Source: Candidatus Iainarchaeum sp. (lineage in GTDB: Archaea > Iainarchaeota > Iainarchaeia > Iainarchaeales > DTGL01). Taken from it: DNA of 32,000 bases. The DNA lies in assembly GCA_038736825.1 (NCBI GenBank), contig JAVYME010000001.1:72708-104707 (forward strand). Reading direction: 5' to 3'. The stretch's first letter is position 1. Each line of letters starts with the position of its first letter. Shown piece by piece: positions 26,401 through 32,000 of this stretch. Position numbers and translations under genes: made by a program. The notes beneath the pieces were generated by a model that was not told the origin of the DNA, searched no databases, and saw nothing but the letters and a program-made list of their open reading frames with translations.

Positions 26401-26676
26401 AGTGGAAGCGCCATCAGCAGCCCCGCTAGGCAAACTTGGGCCAGGCGAGTTGTTAGTTGGGGGATTGAGTGCGTCGTCTGAAACAGGGCAATCTGGACAG
26501 TAGTATGCGCCTGTGCCTTCGGTTACAGCAAAATATGCTGTTTTTTCTTTAGGCAAGGCTAATGAAAAGAAACCGGTTTTTTCGCTTAAAATGGTTTCAT
26601 AAAACAGCCAGGTTATGGCTAGCACTAAAACTATTGCCAACAAAAAGGCAGGCTTTTTTGAAAAAACTGAAGGCAT
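23497..26676 (-). CDS. 1059-aa mosaic surface protein (N-terminal hydrophobic segment, acidic disordered region, Cys-rich repeats, FN3-like, PKD-like, Ig-like modules, TM, 129-aa cytoplasmic tail)
   Basis: An uninterrupted 1059-codon ORF with these parts in order. N-terminal TM or signal: 26599-26652. Gly/Ala/Ser/Asp/Pro-rich region: about 26122-26481. Cys-rich region: about 25762-26169. FN3-like unit: 25483-25740 (AKVYWNT...VEFGET...HHKIHLLGLKPETNYFFKAVS). PKD-like unit: 25192-25464 (FFWDFGDDS...FHAYF). TM helix: 23887-23955. Tail: 23500-23886. Confidence 0.85.
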   Translation of the reverse strand: MPSVFSKKPAFLLAIVLVLAITWLFYETILSEKTGFFSLALPKEKTAYFAVTEGTGAYYCPDCPVSDDALNPPTNNSPGPSLPSGAADGASTPTFVQNDDGLSQTGATGGVNELGQDDGAAPAGGSYEDLSKGGDPYDDYLQSKAKGSPAAVYQMPGQNLSQSGDGSSLCPECKPQGSSAASSGLLQPCVQGWFCSGSTRVYSNADCSRIESEFCSGGCLNGKCLQSCKSCSRDFAGQCGSFSNDCGGTIQCSCSAGWNCINGKCCKALSCSESECGSKSNNCGQKIDCTAKCEEGFYCSQENRCILKAGLQDIDPKNVQVFAFATHAKVYWNTLVQSDSAVEFGETSALGSRVFDGTKTIHHKIHLLGLKPETNYFFKAVSSTQSLSRESPVLSFKTSLKDEPLQVLTVLVDPESRQQFEGQYFYFTAITNALNEESLEFFWDFGDDSNASQREAFHAYFLGLEKEREFLVKVRVSDSKGQTAGAEVKVKVLKSKFKARVLEPTHVQTNSKQRDLNVRLEFLDEADERIACQGISLRVLLAGSLVEMHCSGTIFEGIFKPWSSLSETEFLEIHALSEVKGEKREFHAKAPVFFEPSFFKATNVFKGKKYFLLDSLEKAKVMFLLNGIIVVFPSELRAVLVSGKKEEEVRIEKNEFDYTLYFDHTVNETDFLHGLKLKLKGRDAAGNKVDEVQAVPLAKNSALVISILEPVNSEREYAFGQTVNLKAKILSDNYKVKNKKIIVECPELDFLEEMDFDKESQQYSAKILLPLQDSGKKSVSCRLEAHATLDGKELMDLEFLTISLSNNLQMVFVQPSAGLNKPWNGKISEISVRFFQPNNHLFANIALNSDLLVDGNLQPVSLKFDEKEKLHKGVLSSPLLAGTHSLKLVLKEDFSGEGTVIATIEQGLSLALLAFGFACIVILVFLALLLRNVFSERAFLLREKERLTGLEKKYKFEFFKRHISESELGEQIRLLSKGLKCIDSLLKSGFWIKTGFWKTVFPSKDFKKAPEKVQAIVLTTRLCGRIGEFSREEVARGLRNEGYSEKVIEMVLARLYKER

Positions 26677-26879
26677 ACTATACTTAAGGTTTCTTTTTTA
26701 TTAATCTTTTCCTTGCTCTTTCAGAAAGGTTTGAGAAAGCAAAACCATTAAAACACAAAAAAACAGCAAAACAATAAAAAGTTATGGCCAGGCAGTGCAA
26801 TTAAAAACATTTTTAAAAACATACAACATAACTATTTTTAATTAAATAATGAAATTTTTTGGCGTGGAGGGGTTTGAGA

Positions 26880-28151
26880 ATGCTTTTCGGTTTTCCTTTG
26901 AAATTCTTTGACCAAAAATTTAAACCAGTTGCTTTTTTATCGGTTTTGGCTTTACTGGTTTTTTTTGCCTCGAATTCTTTTGCTCAACAAAGAGTGGAAC
27001 TGGCAAATCCAGTGTGCTTTTATGATGTCAATCAAATGCACGAATACTTTACTGACTTGCAGGGCAATAAAATTCCAAACCTGGACTTTATAAGGCTTTT
27101 TAGCGCTATTGAAGCAAAACCCCAAAACGACCCTTCAATAAAGGACGAAATAAAGCGCGCGCTCAGGGGACAATTTTATACTGGTTATTTGCAGCTCGCT
27201 TACACTATTGAAGGCGGAAAAAAGAACCCTTTCAAGGGAGGCAATTATGCTAAATGCGATTTAGGTTGCTTTCCACAATTTACTTATTTTGGGAGAACCT
27301 ATTACAACAAGTGCATTACAAGGATTTGCACTGAGGGCAGAATGGTTGGCACTCCTCGTTTTTGTGATCCAAAAATCGGACCCGATATTTACATTCACTA
27401 CCTGACTTTTTGGTGCGAAGATGTTCCACAGGCAACAATGATTTGCGGGCCGTCAGCTCATTGCGAGCAAAGAGCGGATGGCACTTTTTTGTGTGAATAC
27501 AATAGCGCAACTTCTTCAAACCAAAGCAATGGCGTGGAATATGTTTTGGTTGCTCCAGCGGATTCAAGCTCTCAAATAATGGTTGCAGCATACCAGAACG
27601 GAAAGCTCATTGCAAGCAAGCCGATTGGCACAACAGGCCCTGTTCATGCAAGCCAGGCTTATGCTTTTGCGCAAAGCACTGGATTGGCTTCGGTTGTGGC
27701 TTCAGCACTCCAGCAAAAAACAACAACCACTGCTTCCAGTAAGCCTAGCACAACCTATTCTGCATCATACAATGGCAGCACAAACTATTCTTCAACTCCA
27801 ATAAGAATGCAGGTTGTTGCTAGTGCCACAAAAGGCCTTTCAGCCTATAGAGCGCCAACTGCAACCTACAAAACATATTCAACCACAAGCACAGCCAGCA
27901 CTGCAACATACGCTTACAGCACAAGCCAAACCAAAAGCACTTCTGCAAGCAGTTATTCTTCAAGCACAACTTATTCGCCAACAAAAACCACTTATAGCAA
28001 TACGGTTTCACCTTATTCAACTTCAAATTACAGGATTCAAGCAACAACTTATAATCCGACAAGGACAGCATACTCTACAAACGCTTACACAAGCACTTAC
28101 AGCACCACAACACAGGCTACGGCGAGTGTTTCAAAATACAGGCAAACCTGA
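26880..28151 (+). CDS. secreted protein with Cys-containing N-domain and long Ser/Thr/Tyr-rich C-terminal tail, no anchor
   Basis: The ORF runs 26859-28151 from a TTG. ATG 26880 is preceded by GGAGGGG (26866-26872). The signal peptide is FKPVAFLSVLALLVFFASNSFA/QQ. The low-complexity S/T/Y tail spans 27717-28148. Confidence 0.7.
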   Translation: MLFGFPLKFFDQKFKPVAFLSVLALLVFFASNSFAQQRVELANPVCFYDVNQMHEYFTDLQGNKIPNLDFIRLFSAIEAKPQNDPSIKDEIKRALRGQFYTGYLQLAYTIEGGKKNPFKGGNYAKCDLGCFPQFTYFGRTYYNKCITRICTEGRMVGTPRFCDPKIGPDIYIHYLTFWCEDVPQATMICGPSAHCEQRADGTFLCEYNSATSSNQSNGVEYVLVAPADSSSQIMVAAYQNGKLIASKPIGTTGPVHASQAYAFAQSTGLASVVASALQQKTTTTASSKPSTTYSASYNGSTNYSSTPIRMQVVASATKGLSAYRAPTATYKTYSTTSTASTATYAYSTSQTKSTSASSYSSSTTYSPTKTTYSNTVSPYSTSNYRIQATTYNPTRTAYSTNAYTSTYSTTTQATASVSKYRQT

Positions 28152-28178
28152 AACCGCATGTATTTTTTCTTTTGACAA

Positions 28179-29465
28179 TCAGGTCGTTTCCAGAAGCCAT
28201 TTCCATAAAGGCATAAACCTTATTTTTTTACCCTTGTATTCTTCAATTCCTTCAAAATCAGCGTTAACCACCAGCAAATTGTTACACTTGAGCTCTGTGC
28301 TTGCTTTGAGCAGTCCTTCAAGTTCTCGTTTTTTGGTTTCAAAATCACTCAAATCATAGCAAACCTGAATTAACTGGAGCACCTTTGGACCTTCCTTTAA
28401 AACAAAATCAACCTCTTTGCCTGAAGAGTCCTTCCAGTAATAGATTTCTGCAGGGGCTTCCAAATAAGACTTTCTCCTAAGCAATTCAATTGCAACCGCA
28501 TTTTCAACAAGCTTGCCATAATTTTGGCTTAATTTGAAAGAAACCGCGTTTACAAGGCCAGTGTCAATACAATAGATCTTTTTAGGGGCTTTGATTTGCT
28601 CTTTCAACTTGGGTGAAAATCTTTCAAGTTTGAAAAACAAATAGGAGTTTTCCAAATAAGCAATCCAATTGGACACCGTGTGAGTGCTCTTTAAGCCCAA
28701 AATGTTTTTCAGCCGGTTGTAAGTTAATTCAGAAGAGGTATTGGAAATCAAATACCTTGAAAGCTCTTTAAGTTTCGAAACATATTTTATTTTATACCTT
28801 TGAATTACGTCCTTTTCAATGATGTCACTATAAGTTTCTATAAGAAACAGTCTGCCCAGCTTAAAAGCCAGGGGAAACCCGCCTTCACGCAAATATCTTT
28901 CCAAAAAATTCTTTAATTTTGCAACAGACTTTGTGGAATACTGGTCTTTTTTATCAAACTCAACCCCAGCATAATCCAAAAACTCTCTGAAGCTGAACGG
29001 AAAAAGAACAAAATCAATATGCCTGCCGGTTAAAAAAGTGGAAAGCTCTTTACTCATCAATCGCGCATTGCTGCCAGTGACAATTACCTTCTTCCCAGTG
29101 CTGACTCTAGAAACAAAACGCTCCCACCCACTAACATTCTGGATTTCGTCAAAAACAAGAAGGCTAACATCGCCTTTTAAAGAATAAACTGCCTCTATAA
29201 CTGAATTCAAGTCACGAACAGCCACGCCGAGTCGCTCATCTTCAAAATTCACATATCCTCTCCGGTCTGATTCAAAACATTGAAAAGCAAAAACAGACTT
29301 GCCACATCGCCTGACACCGGTTATTATCACTATAACATCCGTGGAAATAAACTTTTTAACTTGGCTAAGGCATTCCCTCTCAATAATTCGCTCACTCTTG
29401 AACTTATCAAGCAAAGCCTCTTCTCTGTCCACAATTGCAGATTTAATATCCCCCAACAAAACCAT
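28179..29465 (-). CDS. AAA+ ATPase of the AAA_14/DUF4143 (COG1373) type
   Basis: Walker A is ITGVRRCGKS and Walker B is LLVFDEIQNVSGWE. The C-terminus has the DUF4143-typical YYWKDSSGKEVDFVLKEG. ATG 29465 (MVLLGDIKSAIV) lies about 27 nt downstream of a TATA-like box. The ORF-track start at 29510 is a TTG inside the promoter palindrome and is unlikely. Confidence 0.85.
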   Translation of the reverse strand: MVLLGDIKSAIVDREEALLDKFKSERIIERECLSQVKKFISTDVIVIITGVRRCGKSVFAFQCFESDRRGYVNFEDERLGVAVRDLNSVIEAVYSLKGDVSLLVFDEIQNVSGWERFVSRVSTGKKVIVTGSNARLMSKELSTFLTGRHIDFVLFPFSFREFLDYAGVEFDKKDQYSTKSVAKLKNFLERYLREGGFPLAFKLGRLFLIETYSDIIEKDVIQRYKIKYVSKLKELSRYLISNTSSELTYNRLKNILGLKSTHTVSNWIAYLENSYLFFKLERFSPKLKEQIKAPKKIYCIDTGLVNAVSFKLSQNYGKLVENAVAIELLRRKSYLEAPAEIYYWKDSSGKEVDFVLKEGPKVLQLIQVCYDLSDFETKKRELEGLLKASTELKCNNLLVVNADFEGIEEYKGKKIRFMPLWKWLLETT

Positions 29466-29476
29466 AAAAAAAAAGT

Positions 29477-29513
29477 AACGCAAAGATTTTAAAAAACTTT
29501 GCGTTGGCAACGC
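29477..29513. promoter_or_regulatory. perfect 9-bp inverted repeat bracketing the TATA-like box of the AAA ATPase gene, plus an overlapping 5-bp palindrome
   Basis: AACGCAAAG (29477-29485), an 11-nt spacer ATTTTAAAAAA, then CTTTGCGTT (29497-29505). GCGTT-GGC-AACGC (29501-29513) overlaps the right arm. The spacer is the TATA-like box about 27 nt upstream of ATG 29465 on the minus strand. Confidence 0.45.
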
Positions 29514-29682
29514 TAACCTGTTTTAGCCTAGCAAATCCAGCATCCAATACCTTATCGTATACCAAAAACGGTTTTCGATTTAGAGAATTGATAAAAAAAG
29601 CCTGCAGGTTAAAGCCAAAGCAAACCTGAAGCCAGCTATTGCTTTTTTCTCTTTTTCTTTTCTTTTCACTATAGTGAATTGA

Positions 29683-30120
29683 ATGGATTTTTTTTTGGGT
29701 TCAGACCATGGCGGGTATCCCTTAAAGGAAAAAGTCAAAAAATGGCTGGAAAGCGAAGGCCATTCAATAAAAGATTTTGGCTGTTTTTCAGTGGAAAGCT
29801 GTGATTATCCCGAGTTTGCTGAAAAGGTTGCAAGAGCAGTTACAAAAAATAAAGATTCAATTGGATTGCTTTTTTGCGGCACTGGAATTGGCATGAGCAT
29901 TGCAGCAAACAAAATCAAGGGAATACGGGCAGCACTCTTGCATAACGCTTTTGAGGGAAAAATGGCAAAAGAGCACAACAATGCAAACGTGCTCTGCTTT
30001 GGAGGCAGAACTGTTTCTTTCAGGAATGCAAAAAAGGCAATCACTGCTTTTTTAAAGGCAGAATTTGTGGGCGGCAGGCATTTGCGGAGAATAGAAAAAA
30101 TTGCAGCACTCGAGAGATGA
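29683..30120 (+). CDS. rpiB: ribose-5-phosphate isomerase B (RpiB/LacAB family)
   Basis: 145 aa. It has GSDHGGYPLKE near the N-terminus, CDYPEFAEKVA, the active-site region LLFCGTGIGMSIAANKIKGIRAA, and NANVLCFGGR ... GGRHLRRI. Confidence 0.9.
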   Translation: MDFFLGSDHGGYPLKEKVKKWLESEGHSIKDFGCFSVESCDYPEFAEKVARAVTKNKDSIGLLFCGTGIGMSIAANKIKGIRAALLHNAFEGKMAKEHNNANVLCFGGRTVSFRNAKKAITAFLKAEFVGGRHLRRIEKIAALER

Positions 30121-30542
30121 AAATGTTTGAATTGTTTGAGCACAAGGCAGACATTGGAGTGCGCGGTTATGGAAAAACGCTTGAAGAAGCCTTTCAAGAG
30201 TGCGCGAAGGCAATGTTCAGCGTAATGTCAAACCTGAAAAAAGTCAAAGCCAGAGAAAGCATTGAATTGCGAGTTAGAGCGAGAAATGAAGAAGAATTGC
30301 TTGTTGCCTGGTTAAACGAATTATTGTTTGAAAAAGGCACAAAAGAAATGCTGTTCTCTGAATTCAAAGTGAAAATTTCAAAGGAAAAAGAAGGACTGGT
30401 TTTGAAAGGCACAGTGAAAGGCGAAAAAATGAACCACAAAAAACATGAAATGAAAACAGAAGTCAAAGGAGCAACCTATTCTGGCTTGAAAGTGATTAAA
30501 GAAAAAGAAAAGTATTTAGCGCAATGCATTGTCGATGTATAA
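30117..30542 (+). CDS. archease (RtcB tRNA-ligase activator family)
   Basis: 141 aa. The ATG overlaps the rpiB stop (ATGA, 30117-30120). The N-terminal FEHKADIGVRGYGKTLEEAF and the C-terminal VKGATYSGLKV ... AQCIVDV match the archease signature. Confidence 0.85.
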   Translation: MKMFELFEHKADIGVRGYGKTLEEAFQECAKAMFSVMSNLKKVKARESIELRVRARNEEELLVAWLNELLFEKGTKEMLFSEFKVKISKEKEGLVLKGTVKGEKMNHKKHEMKTEVKGATYSGLKVIKEKEKYLAQCIVDV

Positions 30543-30578
30543 AGCAATTGCAGCAAAGCCGCGTGGTTTGACAATAAT

Positions 30579-30588
30579 GTTTAAATAG
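30579..30588 (+). promoter_or_regulatory. TATA-box-like element for the frameshifted surface-protein/vWA operon
   Basis: GTTTAAATAG is centred about 27 nt upstream of ATG 30611, so the transcript is probably leaderless. Confidence 0.4.
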
Positions 30589-30610
30589 TGGAAATGCGTA
30601 ATATTTGAGA

Positions 30611-31410
30611 ATGAAAAGATTTGGTTTTTTGCCTTCAGTTTTTTACTGTCTCGCCATGTTCGGCTTGATTTTCACGCTAGTGGCAGCCCAAGAAGAAGTA
30701 AGGCAGCTTTCCATTAAAATTGAAGGCTTGCGCTATGTAAGGCATGAAACAGTAACCATTACGGCGCTTTTTGATGGGCAACCCGTTGCTGGCGTTGATG
30801 TAAATGTTTTTTTCAAAGATTTGAACCTGAAAAAACAGACCAAAACAAAATAATATTGCAAAGAATAGAAGATTATAAGACAGACAGTCAAGGCAAGTTT
30901 TCCTTTAAATTGCATGAAGCCGGCACTTACTTTTTATTTTTTGCCAAAAAAGAAGGAACCATTTTTTACGCAGCAAGCGAAAAAATAGATTTTTTGATAA
31001 ATCCAAGACCATATTTCAGTGCAAGCAATGGCGTTTACAATCTTTGCTTTAGGGAACCAATTGGCTCAATAACAATCATTGAAGGCGAGAAAAGAACAAC
31101 CCAAAGCCTTGATGAAAACAATTGCACTCAATACTCTCCAAAAACAGAGTCCTTCACAGTTGAAACCCCTTACAGCAAAGAATTCAAAAAGATTTCAATA
31201 CCAGTAAAAGTTGAAACAGAAAAACCAACCCCTGTCCCAACACAACCCACTCCAATACAAACACAATTTGAAGAAAAAACAAAGCCGATTTCACAACCAA
31301 AAACACAAACCCAGCCAGACTTACTGTTACCTATCAGCATATTGTTAGTTGCAAGCATATGCTTGGTTGCTGCAGGAGTTTACCTCAGAAAACGGAGGAT
31401 GAATTCATGA
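30611..31410 (+). pseudogene. surface-anchored protein gene interrupted by a frameshift (signal-peptide half 30611-30853, anchor half 30856-31410)
   Basis: ORF1 (ATG 30611) encodes a signal peptide (MKRFGFLPSVFYCLAMFGLIFTLVAAQ) and the start of a beta-sandwich-like unit (TITALFDGQPVAGVDVNVFF), then stops at 30851-30853. The other frame is open from 30799. It continues the same kind of unit (KTDSQGKFSFKLHEAGTYFLFFAKKEG) and ends in a Thr/Pro/Gln stalk, a TM helix and RKRR. It has no signal peptide of its own. A 1-nt insertion anywhere in 30799-30851 fuses the two ORFs. Confidence 0.6.
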
Positions 31411-32000
31411 AAAAAATACTCTTTGTTTTGGCTCTTTTTTTAATGCTTTCCTGTGCCAATGCAGCAAAAAAAATCCAGCTCACTGTAGAAGACGACGGCA
31501 TTGACCCAGTAACCCCAGAAGAAGATGCTGACACAAAAGACAAAGCATACCTTGTAGTAGGACCAGGGCCTTACACTTTGACAGTCAAAATCCAAAACTT
31601 GCAGGAAATAGAAGAGTTTGGCGGTCCAGTTGATGTAATGGCTTTATTTGATGCCAGTTATAGCTTTAATGATGAAATCGAGGTTGTCAAAAATGACATA
31701 GAAAAACTTGGAGCAGAACTGGATCAAAACTGCCAAAAAATAGGCATTCCGGGGTGCTTCAATTTAGGGCTTTACGTTTTTGAAGGAGGCACTTGCGCTA
31801 GAAATTGTTCCAACCAATATGTTTGCACTCAAATAAATTGCAGAATAGTCACAGTTAAAGATTGGTGCACTGAGTGTACTGTAATAACAATTCCAGGCAA
31901 GTGCCAAGTTTGCGATTATGAAACTGAATGCCGTGAGGTTTGTGAATTGCGTGATAACGTGAAAGTATGCTGGCCAGAGTGCCACGAAGTGCCAAAAAAC
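31407..32000 (+). CDS. secreted (lipobox-like signal) vWA-like protein with Cys-rich insert, 5' part; continues beyond window
   Basis: I translated this by hand; it is not in the ORF track because there is no stop inside the window. ATG 31407 overlaps the upstream stop (ATGA). The signal is MKKILFVLALFLMLSCANA. A MIDAS-like beta-strand plus DxSxS reads PVDVMALFDASYSFNDE, with DASYS at 31650-31664. Dense Cys follows (CTQINC..WCTECTV..GKCQVCDYETECREVC..). Confidence 0.6.
   Translation, partial: MKKILFVLALFLMLSCANAAKKIQLTVEDDGIDPVTPEEDADTKDKAYLVVGPGPYTLTVKIQNLQEIEEFGGPVDVMALFDASYSFNDEIEVVKNDIEKLGAELDQNCQKIGIPGCFNLGLYVFEGGTCARNCSNQYVCTQINCRIVTVKDWCTECTVITIPGKCQVCDYETECREVCELRDNVKVCWPECHEVPKN

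Noticed and set aside
27814-28359. 181-aa plus-strand ORF in an alternative frame of the S/T/Y-rich region, running into the 3' end of the ATPase gene.
   Set aside because: It is a Gln/Leu/Ala-rich frame artefact of the repetitive ACN/AGC/TAY codons. It has no start context and crosses a convergent gene end.
31764-31985. 73-aa minus-strand ORF at the window end.
   Set aside because: It is antisense to the hand-translated vWA-like ORF, which is open from 31407 to the window edge and is coupled to the upstream gene.
1-32000. Search by eye for CRISPR repeats, tRNA/rRNA genes, C/D-box sRNAs, transposases, integrases and terminal inverted repeats.
   Set aside because: No regularly spaced direct repeats. 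No GC-rich cloverleaf-sized non-coding segment; the largest gaps are AT-rich promoters of 340 nt or less. No RUGAUGA...CUGA pairs in intergenic DNA. No recombinase-like ORFs.

Overview
Archaeal chromosomal window with low-to-moderate GC and purine/A-rich coding strands. Internal operon genes carry GGTG-type Shine-Dalgarno sites; first genes look leaderless behind TATA-like boxes. The centre (about 5.2-18.5 kb, + strand) is the complete archaeal transcription/translation supercluster: rpoH, rpoB'' and rpoB' (split B subunit), rpoA', rpoA'', eL30, NusA, uS12, uS7, aEF-2, aEF-1alpha, uS10. The left flank holds a partial ORF, a PPC/DUF296-like protein, two abutting SAM methyltransferases, a small charged ORF, a Cys-rich anchored surface protein and MgtC. 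The right flank (18.5-32 kb) looks accessory. It starts with a UbiA-superfamily membrane protein whose first Asp motif is degenerate. An island of secreted or anchored proteins follows: three paralogous PKD/Ig-like proteins, including a 1059-aa mosaic giant, and an anchorless Ser/Thr/Tyr-rich protein. Two of the paralogs share a cytoplasmic tail motif. Then come a COG1373-type AAA ATPase, RpiB, archease, a frameshift-interrupted surface-protein gene and a partial vWA-like protein. I found no rRNA, tRNA, CRISPR array, transposase or integrase. The best candidate for something undescribed is the surface-protein island, possibly a cell-cell attachment apparatus of a small-genome (DPANN-like or euryarchaeal) archaeon; that lineage and function reading is inference only. 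All family calls come from motif recognition by eye, not database searches.
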